DNA of 64,000 nt from Piromyces finnis finn. Lineage: Eukaryota > Fungi > Neocallimastigomycota. The position numbers and the translations under genes were made by a program. The notes beneath the pieces are model-generated. The model saw only the letters and a program-made list of their open reading frames with translations. It was not told where the DNA came from and did not search any database. Each line of letters begins with the position of its first letter. The stretch's first letter is position 1. This document shows, piece after piece, positions 45,001 through 59,600 of this stretch. The DNA lies in the NCBI GenBank assembly GCA_002104945.1, contig MCFH01000032.1:310001-374000 (forward strand), read 5' to 3'.

Positions 45001-48000
45001 CATAAACTTGCTCATCTTTTTCTTTACAATTTTATCTCCATTTTTACTAATTTTATAGTTGGTCAAAATATCACTAAAGATCAAATCATCCTCTGGTCCA
45101 GTGCCATTATTTTGGAGGGGATTTTGGGCGGAAAAGGTATTGGTATTGGACTTTAAGAAGGGATTATTTGTCCTATACACCTCCTTTTCAGTAAATGGAG
45201 AATGATGTGAATGTGAATAATAATTAAATTCGGTTGCCGTGGTGCTGGTGCTGGTGGTGTCATTGGTGGTGAAGGGATGAGGATAATGAAGATCATTAGA
45301 AGTCAGTCTATTATCAAAAGATAATTTATCATCCTTGGCAAGGGCATTATAAATTTTCTTTTCTTTGACCGGGAAGGTGTCATTCCTGTCTTTTTTGGAA
45401 TAGAAATGACTTCTTTTTTTGATACTCTTCTTAATTGATTTGGTAAGCGCAATAGGTATACTTTGAATTTTATGCTCATCTTCATGATTCTTATTTTCAC
45501 TACTGGTTTCTTCAGGAAGGAATGCATCCATCGCCACCACCGGCGGATAAGATCGTCCATTCAAATTAGAATTACCAAACTTATTTTGTACACCGTCACC
45601 ACTACCACCACCATTAAAAGGTGATTTATAATAGTGTTGAGGATTTTCTAATTCTTCTTTAGCAATAGCAAGATCATGATTAAAGGTTTCATTGATCAAA
45701 ACACTATTGATATTTTCTTCCGTAAATTTTTCCAAGGCGCGTTTTAACCAAAATATGGAGAGTTGAATATTTTGACCAAGTTGTTTACCATCTTCATATT
45801 TTGTTCCCAAAATATACTGGGCAACAAAATAAGGTCCATCATTATTATTTGTCCTATTCGCAGCACTTGAGAGCCAATAAAGACCCATTTTAACATGATC
45901 ATCTTGTGGTAAGGTAGCTGTTCCCTGGGTGGCATCACTTCCCATTGAGGTGGTTATGGTCGTCGTCGTGGTCGTCGTGGTCGTCGTCGAATGGGTTGGT
46001 TGACGTGAATTGACAAGAGGTGAGCATGCCAATGTACCTCCATTTGGATAATTTTTACCTGTGGATTTTTGATTACATTCATCTACCCTATCAAGTGTCG
46101 GCGTTTTAGATTTATTCTTTCCAAATATTAAAATATTAAAAAAACTTTTCTTCTTTTTCAATTTATTACTTTGGTCACGCACCTTTTCCTTTTTACCACC
46201 TTTTCTGAATGCTTCTACTGCGGTGGTGGTAGTGGTGATGGTTGGCGAGGATACCATTGTATTTACCTCACTAAAACTAACCATCCTATTCTCATATTTT
46301 TTATTTTTTTCAAAAAGTCGATAATTTTCCTGTATAAATTTTGCAATTTCACCTTGAAGTGAACTTTTAAAGGTATCAAGAAGATTCCATTGACGGAATA
46401 AAGAAAAGTGGGACATGATAAAATCGGTGGTTAAACTCATTTTCCTCCTATCCTTTGGAAGATCAATACTAATGGATGTCGATAAATCATTTTTACCGAT
46501 ATCTGGAAATATTAATTTCGATTCGTTGGGCGCCGTGACAAACGATTTTTCATGCATCCTTGAGTTGAACATGAAAGATTTATTATTTATTGAAATAAAA
46601 GACTTTTCATGTTGCCTGGAGGAGGAGGAAACCATGGAAGAAATAGAATGATCCTTTGATTTTTTACTCTTACTTGACATTCTATGGTAAATTAATTTTT
46701 TGAGCTCCTTGAAACTTTTAATTTTTTCATTTCGTTTAACAAAAATTTTTGGGGTAATGGTAGAGTGATCGTTATCGTCAACTGAATTACGGTTTGTCGT
46801 TTTTGTATGAAGGGCATCAAACGGTTTAAAAGTTAATTTTTTAAAGAGTTTTAATGATTTCACACCATCTTCTCTTTTATTTGGCGTGGTAAGGGTAGGA
46901 AATGAATTATTCACAGAGGATGAAAAATAATAAAGTGTTTTATCTTCCCTTTGACCCTGATGAGAATAATTCAATATGGAATTGGAATCCTCTTTCTTCT
47001 TTTTCTTTTCCTCTACCACTTCCCCCTTTTCCTTTTCTACCTCCTCCTTTCCAACTTCAAAATTGTTTAAAAAGTCAATTTCTGGAACGAGATCCTTATC
47101 CTTGTTCCATTCATTTTGTTGATCCTGCTCATAAATTTTTTCGACAAGATCATCAAAAAAGTGTTTAAACCCGTCCATATGTTGTAAATTATCGGAAAAA
47201 TGAACATTTTCAAAAGACTTTATTTTTTTACCAAATATTAAAGAGGTGTCAAGGGTTTTGGCATTCTTTACTATGTATTGTTGCATTTTATGTTGAATAT
47301 TGTGTTGTTCAAAATAGTATTGACCAAGGCAAGTTTGAGCCATAGCGTTACCATCATTAGCAGCGCGAATAAGCCAATCGATCGATTGATGAGCGGATGG
47401 TGCCAAACGAGCTAATTGATATTTTGCGTAGAGTATATTATTATTTATCCATGGATATTGTTTTAAATATTCGGTTTCCCGATCCACAAGGCATTGATAC
47501 CAATAGGTTGCTTCTTCCAAATTTTTTTCCGTACCTATCCCATTTTGATAGTAATAACCTAATTCAAAAAAGATAAAGGGTGGTACATTTCTATGATTTG
47601 CAGCTTTTATCAGCCAATATAAGATATTTTTATGACGGTTTTGAGTCGCCAAATCAAGAGATGATTTCATTGTGCCATCATTATTAATTAAATATTTACT
47701 AGTCATCGTATTGTTGTTATTGGGACGAAGATTATTACTAGTCGTTGTATTATTTGGATGATGATGATGATGATTTGCATAGTTGATAGTTTCCATTGAT
47801 AATTTATGATTTAATTTAAAATAGTCGTTTTTATTTACAGCCGTATGCGATGGAAGGGTAGAATTAATATTACTGCCGCTAGAAAAAGAATAATTGTAGG
47901 GAGGGTAGCAATAACTACCGCCGTTAGATCTATTGTCACCTCCATAATTATTTATGATAGTATGTGTGGTATTTAATGTCGAAGGGTAAATCGAACGAGT

Positions 48001-50006
48001 GTCATTACTCCAATTTGATTTATAAATGGTGGATGGGTAAAGAGAATTACTTTGGAGAGAAGTTAGTGAAGAACTACTACTTTTATTTATTAAAAAATTA
48101 GAATTTTTATCGATATTGGCATGGCTATTAAGTATATTATGATTGATACGTTTAACGTGATCAGTAACTTTTTGAAGACTTTCATCGTTAAATATATAAT
48201 TTAATTCTTCAAGTTTACTTTCGTCTATCAGTACATTTCTTTCCCTGTGTTTACTAATTGATTGTTCTTCTTCCATATACATGAGATAAAGTAACATTAT
48301 TTGGGAAGATAGATGGCCTTGTTCAGCAGCCATCTTAAACCATTTCTCTGCAAGACGAAGATTATCCGCCGCTGCATCTTCTTTTTCGATATAACCTGAA
48401 AAATAGATAATTCCTAAAAGGAATAAAGAATCGGAAGTATTACTTTTCTTAAAATACATCACTGCTTTTTCCACATTTTTTCGAATACCATCACCGGTGA
48501 GGTAACAAAATCCAAGAAACTTATTAGCTTGACGAACAACTAAATCCGTTTTTGAATTTGAATTAATCTTTCGATTTCCCGAATCATAAACAATACTTTC
48601 CAATACTTCAATTGCAAAAGATTTATTATTTTTTTTCCAAGCTAAAAGACAAATTTTGTATTTTTGATCTATAGGAATAGCATTGAATTTTTTAACATAT
48701 GGATGAGATGAATATTTAATAAAAATACTTTCTGCTCTTTTTTTATAAAATTCAAGTTCATCTTTGTATATACATAATAATATTTTATATTTATACGTGT
48801 GTTTTTAATAAAAAAGAAAGTGTATAGATTCGCATATTTATAGTTTATACGTGAGTTTTTAATAAAAAAAGAAAGTGTATATTTATAGTTTATACGTGTG
48901 TTTTTTAATAAAAAAAAAGAAAGTGTATAGATTCGTATATTTATAGTTTATATGTGTATTTTAATAAAAAAAGAAAGTGTATTGATTCGTATATATTTAT
49001 AGTTTATATAGATTTTAATAATAATAAAAAAAAAAAGTAGATATATTTATATTTTATTTGTATTTTTATTAAAAAAAAAAAATGAGAGATTAATAAGGAA
49101 TAATTTTTAAAAACGAAATTTGAAAAAGGATCGATTAACAGGATAATATTTTTTAATTTAAATGAAATAAACAATATATATTTATCTTTTTATTTTTATA
49201 AATGACTAACCTTCTACTCCTTTACTTTTTACGTCTGTTGCGGTATTAGAGTTATAATGATTAAAGTTAAGTGAAGTGACAGATTTTCCTCTATTTGGAT
49301 TTGAGTTATCTATCGCATTATTATTATTACTATTTTTTTTAATATGTTTAAAACTTTGGCTTTTTGTAAAGATATCATTCTTGCCATTATATTTTGGAAT
49401 TGTGTCTGTTATTTTGGTGTCAACCATAGTATTTTTTTTTTTTTATAAAAAGATATGTGAGGATAAATAAATAAATATACATTTACATAATTTTAAATTA
49501 AATTAAATTGTATTAATACAATTCAATTATTAAAATCATTGTTTACATTATTAAATAATATTATTCCTATTAAAACTTTGCTAGTAAATAAGAAAATAGA
49601 AAAAAAAAGTATTTATCATTACCTTTATCATCTTTTATTATAAAAGATAACGATAGTGACGGTTCATTATATATAGTAGTATTAAAAGAAGTATTGTTAG
49701 AACAACTATAATACTCACTTTCCAATTCATTATTGTCTTTATTATTTGAAAGGTATGCCAAGTCTTCATTTTTTTTCATGTTTGGTCCATGGGTTGAATT
49801 TGAAATTTTTTCTAATAAACAATTTATTAAATAATAATAATAATAATAATAATAACAATATAAAAATATTAAAATATTGTTTTTTTTTTTTTAAATTAAA
49901 GCAAAAGTAAATAAAAAAATCTTTTTATTAAACCTTGTAAAAAGTCCAAATTACCTGAAAGATTCATACAATTTCCATTAACCGAAATATTTTCTTTATT
50001 TTCCAT
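42088..50006 (-). CDS. Very large Sel1-repeat (SLR) protein with low-complexity insertions; main exon ~48770-42088 plus probable upstream exons
   Basis: SLR motifs: LGFCYLTGDGIRKNVEKAVMYF, WFKMAAEQGH, LGYYYQNGIGTEKNLEEATYWY, AARGHAKAQYLLG and SADQGHPDALYDLG. The frame is open upstream of 48603 to ~48770. Candidate exons 50006-49955, 49811-49623 and ~49427-49211 have phase-1 GT donors; one acceptor is not resolved. Confidence 0.8.
43943..44110 (-). repeat. Coding 39-bp (13-aa) tandem repeat HSIxSPKPKENEx, ~4.5 copies
   Basis: Visible in both the DNA and the translated ORF. Confidence 0.9.
48790..49010. repeat. Intronic minisatellite, ~4 copies of ~45-60 bp
   Basis: TTTATACGTGTGTTTTTAATAAAAAAGAAAGTGTATAGATTCGxATATTTATAG is repeated with length variation. 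Confidence 0.85.
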
Positions 50007-53000
50007 GGTTATTATGTTTTATTTATTAGATGAATATTTTTTTTTCTTTTGCATTAACAAAATTAAAATGTATATATATATATATTTATGATTTCAAACT
50101 TTATAAATAATAAATGAATTATTAAATATGATGTTGTTATTCAATAAATAATAGGAATGTTTTTTTTTTAAAACTTTTTATAAAAAGTTGTAACTACTAG
50201 CCATTTAAATATATATATATATATATATTTTTGCTGGTTTCTATACAAGATATGGAATCAAATAAATTTGTCAAAATAATAATGATTTTATTATTGGATA
50301 AAATAATATTAATATTATACTATAAAATAGACTATAATTATGATAAATAATTAAAATGGATAAATGGAATTTTTATTTGTTTTTTTTTTCTTTTAAATAA
50401 TAATTGACTTTACAAAATTTCCTTTTATTATTAATTTAAAATGTCAAAATGTTTTTTTTTTATATATATATACATATATATACATATATTTATTACTATT
50501 GTTGTTATTAATAAATTACAATACAAAAAAATAATAATAATAATAATAGAACCAGTCTTTTTTAAACTATACAATATATTTTTAATAATATTATTAAAAT
50601 GTTATAAATAAGTTGTTGTTGTTGTTGTTGTTTTAATTAACAATTTAACAAAAAGGTTGCCATTTAAATTTTGATGTACCGAAAATCACAAAATATAATT
50701 TTTGGTTTAAATTTAACTTTTTGGATAGATTATAATAAAAGTTAGTTGACTATTAAATGTAAGCGTATACTACCACTACAATAAAACTAAAAACTATAAA
50801 AATAGTGAAAAAAGGATACAGCAATTTTTAGTTTTAAAAGTATTATTATGGTATTATTATTAAAAAAAATAATAACTAATTTTTTTAAGAAAAAAAAAAA
50901 GTTTTTTTTTTTATTCTTTTCTCTTTCAAAGCATGGTAAAAACAAAAGTTTTTGAGTTTTAAAATAATAAAAATAACAAGATTTGACACTAAAAAAAGGT
51001 CCCAATGAACACTTTCAATGCTCTCTCTTTTTACTACTAAATTGAAATAAAAACTTTTTTTTTTATAATGAAAAGTTTTTTTTTTATATAAATTTTAAAA
51101 TTTTGGATTATTTAAATTTAATATATTGATAATATATTATTCAATACATAAAGATATATATTCTCATTATATTTAAACAATGAATTGTTTTATATTTAAT
51201 TTTAATGTTTCAATTTTTATTATTTATTAAAATATAATCTAATATATATAACAATTTATTTTAATATATGATAAAATTGAATTTTAATTTTTAAAGTTCA
51301 AAATGTAAAAAAGAGAAAAAGGAAAGAAGAAAGAATAGTAAGAACGAATAGTAAGGTAAGAAAGAGAAGAATGAATGAATAGTAAGAATGAATAGAATAA
51401 ATGGAAATGTTTATTGTATATTATTTAAAGGAAATAAAAAAATAATCATTTTTATATTTTGTTTTTTTCCCCTCTTTCTTTCATTCTAATTTATTTCGAT
51501 TTAAAGTAACTTAAAGTTTTATCTCCTAAAGACTTTTGTATCAAAAAAAAAGAGAGAGATTACATTACAAGATGAAAAGAAAAGAATTTTAATTTTTATT
51601 ATTACTTTCTATACTCTTTTTCATACATTATTTCTTTATATTTTTAAAAAAAAAGGTTTATCTTTTATAATTAAACTAACACTTATTTTGAGCATAGACT
51701 AGATTATGAACTATGAATATTGCACTGTAATGCAATGGGATGTACAATGCATTATACAGTGCAATATACACAGAATAAGACACAATCAGTAGTGCACAAT
51801 TGATATCTTTGAAAAAAAAAAAGCTTTTTTTTTTAAATGTCACTTTTTTTTACTTTTAAAATTTTGTAAACAATTTTTATGTGGTACAAATTAAGTCTAT
51901 TCAGTGTATATATTAAAGGTACTGTTAATATATTATATACATTTATTATTATATATTGAAAATTAAATAAATTAATTTAAAAAGAATCGGACTTTTGAAG
52001 CTCAAAAAAAAAAAAAAAAAAGAAACCAACCCACAAAAGTCTTTTTTTTTAAAAAAAAAAAAAAAAACAATATAAAAAGGTATATTTAATCTTAATATTA
52101 CTTAAAAAAGCTTTATTTTTTATATGCCGCTTTTCTTTTTTTTTATATTAATAATTTACTTTAAAAAAAAAAAAAGATTAAAACTACACATTCATTTTTC
52201 ATTTTTTAAAAAAAAGTTAATAATCCCCTACATCAATAGTGAATAATAATAATTAGAATGTTTTTTAAAAAAAAAAATATTTTAAGAATGTATTTATCAG
52301 TTACTTTATCTTTTAAATTAAAATATAAAGTAATTGATATTTTAATATAATGATACTTTTTTTTTTATATATTTATATATATATTATACGATCATTAAAC
52401 TTATTCTCATGGATATATTAAAAACTTTATACTTTTTTTTTTTTATAAAACTATTAAAGCTTATATTCTTTTTTTTTTAATTCTTTATCAACTATTAAAA
52501 AAAAAAGTATTTTTAAAGATTTTCTTTATTTTATTTAGATTATGTACCGCAAAAAAAAAAAAAAAGTTTAAATGCTTATGATTTATAATTTATGTCAAAA
52601 AAGCGATTATACTTTTTTTTTTTTTAATAGAAATAAAATTATAAAGTGTCTTTTTAAACGTTTATTTTAGTTTTTAGTTCAATCCGTTGTCCGTCTATTT
52701 AAACGTTTATGGAAAGTAAGTTGTTTGGATAATGAAAAAATAAAACTTTTAAATCTATATTAAGATTTTAAATTAATAGAAAAATAAATAATTATAACAC
52801 GTTTTTTTTTTTTTTTTTTTTGACTGTAGCCAAAAAAAATGGATTAAAGGAAATATGAATAAAGAATTATTTTTTTATATTATATCATTATTTTTTGTAT
52901 TTTTTATTAATACCATTCATTGTTTTTTTTTTTTTTCTTATATAATTTTTTTTTTTTATTTCAATCCCTTCCACTCATCCTTTACCTTCTAACTTTACAA

Positions 53001-53662
53001 TTATTTAAAAAAAAAAGATCATTTTTTAATAAATTTATATAATAAATAATTTTAGTTTATTTATTTTATGAAAAAGGGAATTCTAGTGAACAATTCCTTT
53101 TTTTGTTTGTTAATAATGCTTTGGTTTTTTTATGTGTATAGTTGTTTATTCTTAGATTTTTACAAAACATTTTATTACATATTTTGAATAGTATGTTGTG
53201 GCTTTTAATTTTTAATATAGTTATATACTTCATATTATAAGATAAAATATATATCTTATGAATTATAAAAAAATTCTTGTCATAAAAAAAAGTATCTTAT
53301 CAATCTTTGTATGTGGCTTATGTAATATAATATTAATGTAGATATATTTAATTAAAGAAATTAATTAAAAAAAAAATAAATTAAAAAAAAAAATAAATTA
53401 AAAGAATTGGAAAAAAAAGAGTTGTTTAATAATAATTAATAATTGAATAGTATGAAATGAATGTTAGTAAAAAATTGAAATATAAAGATAGATGCAAGTA
53501 TAAATATATTAATAAACAAATAAAAGAAAAGTAAAGATAAAAAAAAAAAGAATAAATTTTTAAATGTACATTTTTTTTTATTAAAGTTTAGTTTGTATCA
53601 TTATATAAAAAAAAAAGAAAGGATAGACGTATCTTTAAATTAAAATTATAAAGATTTTAAGT

Positions 53663-56600
53663 ATGGAATATAATAATAAAATGGAAATGAAAATAAAAAG
53701 TTTTAATCGTAAAGATGATTCTTTTGATAAAATTTACAATGACAATGATGATGAAGATGAGGATAGTATTATAGAGGAGGAGATAGATTTTCAAAATGAA
53801 AATATTACAGATTATGATGAGGATAATGAGAAGGATGATATGTATGAAAGAGTTGAAAAAGATGAAAATAACGAAAAAAATGGAGTTCAAAATAGCAAAA
53901 GTAAACGTAGGGATAGGAATAGTCAAGACGATAATAAAGAAATATACACCACCGAAAAGGCGATGTTAAATAATAATGGTTTTACCCTAACCGATACAAA
54001 TATTATTCTGAGTGATAGTGATAGGGTGGAGAAGGAGACGGATTTTGAGATGTATAGTTACGATGAAAATAGTAAGGCTAGTAATCTTTTTTCGAATAAG
54101 GGAGATAGTCCGAAAAAATTAAATATAAATGATAATTCTCAAGAAGAAGAGAATAGAGTATTATCATTATCAAGTGAAATTGAAAAAGAAAGAGGTCAGG
54201 ATGTTTCCTACCATGAAACATTTGAAAAAATATCAAATATTAGTTCCCAACTATCAGCTAAATCAACAGAAAATACCTTTTTGACTGATCCTGCCTCTAA
54301 TAAAAGTCATGTGATATCATTAAGAAAAGATAAAGTTCATTTGACCATGGAAACGGTAGGTAAAGACAAACTCACTGAAAATCCGTCAATCCATTCAAAT
54401 CCAAGTATAAACGATACAATTATATCCAATACTGAATTTAGTTACAGTGATAGTTTTATTAGTAATGATGGTTGTGATAGTAATAAGAATGGTAATGGAA
54501 ATGAATTAAACGGAGATAAGGGGATATCAAATAATACACTAGATGGAAATGGAGAAAACCGAAAGCACAATACCTATCAAAATAAATACAGCATAAATGA
54601 AAATGATGAGTGGGATGACGGCAGTAACAATAACAATAACAACAATGATCTCGACGACGACAACAATAGCAGTTTTATTTCAGTTAAACCAAAAAACAGT
54701 ATCGATGATGTAAGTGATGAAAGTAATTTAGATACTATGAATAATACAATTAGTCAACAACAAAATATCTTATATCACCACATGAATCATTCGGATAACG
54801 AAAATTTAATGTTACAAAGTAATAGTCAATCTCAAATGTCAGAAAGAAGGATTACAAGTGATATTGAGGAAGAAGATAAAAATATGAACTATAAAAAAGA
54901 AAAAGAAGAAAATCAATTAAATAATGAATACAATGAATATAATGAATATAATGATTCTTTTGAAAGTATCAATAATCCTTCAATCATAATGAGTAATTCT
55001 AGCTATTCCAATCAAAATGACGACGATACTTTTGAAAGCATTGACCATTCTTTAACTATACCATTAAAAAGTAATAGTGGTAGTAGTGAAAATGGTCAGT
55101 ATGACGATTCTTTTGAAAGTATTCACAATAAATCATTAAAAAGTAATAGTGGTAGTAGTGAAAATAGTCAGTATGACGATTCTTTTGAAAGTATTCACAA
55201 TAAATCATTAAAAAGTAATGGTGGTAGTAGTGAAAATGGTCAGTATGATGATTCTTTTGAAAGTATTCACAATAAATCATTAAAAAGTAATAGTGGTAGT
55301 AGTGAAAAAGGTCAGTATGACGATTCATTCGAAGCTTTATCAAATATTTCTTCTTCTTCTTCTTCTTCCCCACCCTCAAATCATGAAATTCAATCCCACA
55401 AAAGTGAAGATGCCTATGAAGAAGAATCTTTTGAAAATTTATCGTCCAATAATGATCAATTATTCCAAAAAGAAAATAGTGATTTAGCGAATATGAGTAA
55501 TAACACCGAAAAGGAAAACGATCAAACGGAAGAAGATTATGATGAAGAAAATTTTGATAATGAAGAAAGTTATGATGGAAAAGAGTTTGAAAAGGATACT
55601 TATGATAAGGAGGATGAAATCGATGTTATTAACAAAGAAAATAATGAAAATGAAAATATAGAAAATTATGATGATGAAGAAGAAGAAGAAGAGGAAAAAA
55701 ATAGTGAGGAGGAAGAAAAGAGTGATGCTAATAATGATGATAATAACAATGATGATAATGATGATAATAATGATGATAATAACAATGATGATAATGATGA
55801 TAATAATGATGATGATAATGATGATGATGAAAGTGAAAAAAGTTACATAGATACAGAAACAATACAAGACTATAGTGAAAATTTTTATTCCTCTGAAAAT
55901 GATTCTGATGCTTCCACCATTAAAGAATCTTTCAATCATCATCATCATCATCATGTTAAGAATACTTCCTCAAAAGAAGAAAAAGAAACTTCCTCAAATC
56001 AACTAGCTGACGATGACAATAATAGTGAAGAAATTATTTCCAAGAATCAAAATGATTTATCCATTGAAAAAGAGGAGGGTATTGAAAAAGATCAAACCTC
56101 ATCATCCATAAGTGAAGGTATTTCTGAAGAAATTTTTTCTGATCCTTCTACCACTAATAACAGTAAAATAAGTGAGATCATTGAGGATGAAATTTTTTCC
56201 ATTCATTCTCCTATCACCACCACCGCCACCACTAATAACAGTAAAATAAGTGAGGTCATTGAGAATGAAAGTTTTTCTAACCAACAAAACCAACAACATA
56301 GGAATGACGATAGTATTAAAGAAGATTTTTCTTTCCAATCAAAACTCGAAAATTCAAAAAGTGAAAAGGAGGAGGAAGAGGAGATTCAAGAAGAAATTAG
56401 CCTCATTAATGATTTTACATCATCAAAAAATGATGGTAGTGATAGTATTGAAGAAATTATTTCGAATAATAAAAGTCAAGAAACTGCAATAACAATTGAC
56501 GAAAGTATTGAAGAGAAGGAAGAGATCTATTCTTCAAATCCTCAAAATTATTCTTATTCCTATTCCTTTGAAAATGAAAATGATATTACAGAAGAAAGTG

Positions 56601-59600
56601 GATCTTTTGAACAAGTTTTAAATCCTTCCTCTTCTTCTTTAAATAATGCACCCAGGGATAGTAATGATGATGATTATGATAATAATTCATTTGAATCGTA
56701 TCAAGCACCTTCTTCCCATCAAAGTCAAATAACGGTAATGACCGATGATGGTAATTACAACGATGAATCCTTTGAAACCTACTCAAAAGATTCATCCTTT
56801 CAAAATACCAATAATAATCAAAGTCAAATAACGGTAATGACCGATGATGGTAATTACAACGATGAATCCTTTGAAACCTACTCAAAAAATTCATCCTCTC
56901 AAAATAAAAATAGTCAAAGTGGAATATCTTTTAACTCATCTTCTAATTCCAAAGATGATGAACAAATGTTTAATGGGGAAGAAAGAGAAAAAAAAGAAGA
57001 AGAAGAAGAAGAAAACAGGTATGAAAATACTTTTGAATCTATTTCAATTTCTACCTCGTCCAATACCGTTCCATCATTTGATCCTAGGAAAAAAGAGGCA
57101 GATAAGAATGATTATGAGGATGCTTCCTATGTAACTTACGGAATTGACGATAAGTATATTCAAGCTTTAAAAATGAAATCAAAAATGATTAATCTAAGAA
57201 AAAAGAAAAAATCTATGGTCATAGAAGAAAAGGAAGAAGGTATCATAATTTATTTTAATAATTTTTTTTAAAAATTATAAAAGTTTATATATCTATTTTT
57301 TTTTTACTATCTAATAATAATCAACCAAATAAAAATAATTTATATTGAATCATCATCTATTTTATATATATATTAATTATTTTTTTAATTTTAGATCCAT
57401 ACTATATTTATCATGACATTGATTATCCAATAAATAAAAAATCAAAAAATTTATTAGATTTATGGGTAAAGAAATCTATAAAAAAGAATAAAAATAGAGT
57501 ATCATCAGAAAATGAAAAAAATAAGAAGATAGATGAAGAAAATCATCCTATCAAAAATTCTGATTCAATACAATCACAAAAAGAAGAAGAAGAAGAAAAA
57601 GAAAAATCCCACGCCAAAAAATATGATATCTTTGGATATAAACTTACAGAAAAAGAAAAATTAACTTCATCCTTTTCTTCAATAAAACATAAAAATAAAC
57701 AGGTTCATTCATCATTATCTAATTCTAAAATTGATGCTCTCCCACCAGATAAATTAATAAAACCTGAAGAATCTTTGGTTCATGGTATGAACGAAAATGA
57801 TAATACTTTTTCTAGTTTGACGGATTTATCTTTAAAACATCATGAAACTATTGATGTAGAACAGGTATATATATCCTTTTTATTTATTCTTTTTTTTAAA
57901 AAAAAAAAAAAAATAGTAATTATAATCATTGTATATTGCTATTATTGTTATTGATACATTTATTATTACAATTACATTGATATTATTTTTTTCTTTGGTA
58001 TTATCTTTTTTATTGCTAATGTTTTTTTTTTTTTTAATTTTTATTAAAAAAATATTAATATTAATATATATTATATTTAATATGAAATCCATATTTCAAT
58101 AGGAAAATAATAAAAAGTGGGTCAATACCTACATTGAAATTACTAAAAAAAAGAAAAAGAAATTAGAGGAAGAGAAGAAAAAAAATGAAAATAATTTTCT
58201 TTCACCAACTTTATCCCCTATGCCTAAATATAATCCAATGATACAATGTGCAGGTAGGTTTCAACCTTTTTTCTTTTTTAATTTATATATTCTTTAGGAT
58301 GATGATCTAGAAAGCATACTCCACTTTTTGGAGGGGGTCGAGATCGGGCCCTCTGAAGTGGATTATTTTCATAATAAAAAAAAATACTTGAAAATGCAAC
58401 TAAATACATATATATTTAAAAGATAATTTATCCAACAAGTTATACCAAAAAATATTATTAGAAAAAGATACCTTGAAAAAAAATAAGGATAAAGAAAAAA
58501 TAAAAAAAATAATGAAAGGTAGATTTAAATTTTATTTATTAATAAAAAAAAATAATTAAAAGCTATAACTAAAAAAAATCATCTTTTTTCTTTTATTAAT
58601 AATTTTATTTTTAATGACTTTACTTTTTTTTTCATCTTGATTATAATTCCATCATTAGAAAAAGTAGTATCAAATTCAATGATTGAAAAAATACGACTAA
58701 AAAATGTTATGAAAAAAATGGATAATGTAATGGATAGAAAAGGATAATACAATCTAAATTAAAATTATATTTAATTTACTAATGCATACTTTTTTTTTTT
58801 TTTTTGCTAAATATATAGATGGAAAATATCGATAAATATGAACTTTCTAAAGATGAAAAACAAAAAATATTGTAAATATTAATATATAAATATGATAGAA
58901 TAGAAATGAGGGAATAAAAATATTAATTATATATATATTCATTTATCTTTTTCTTTTTTTTTTATTTTAATAATTCTATATAATACTATGCAACTACTAT
59001 GTAACCATTTATTTAGAAAAAATAATAAAGAATTATGTGAAAAAGAATACCTTCGTCATACAATTGAACATATTAAACGTAAAACGGTAGAAAAGGAAAT
59101 AGAAAAAATAATTCATAATGATTTTAAAAAATATAATATTACATCGGATGATCTTACTCATAAAGTAACTATTATTAAATTAAAAAATGAAAAATGATAA
59201 AAAAAAAAACCTTTTTTTTTTTAATAATATATAATAGAATATTCATATTAAAAATTTTATTATATTGAAATTAAAATAAAATTATAAATGAATATATAGA
59301 ATTATTTAAATATATGTAATATTGCTGGTGAATTAGTCAAAAATCAAACGTATTCCCTTGATCGTAATAAAATATGGGAAATGTTACTGGAAACAAATCA
59401 ATTAAAATTTGAAAATATTTATAAATCTTATCCTACAACCTGCCTAGACAATCTACCACCAACACCAATTATCTCAAATGATCAAATAAAGGATAATACT
59501 ACCTTATACGTAAAAAAGGGTAAGAAAAATAAATATTTATTTTTAATATAGAAAAAAAAAATAGTTTACTTTTGAAAATTCTATGAGTAATTCTTTTATT

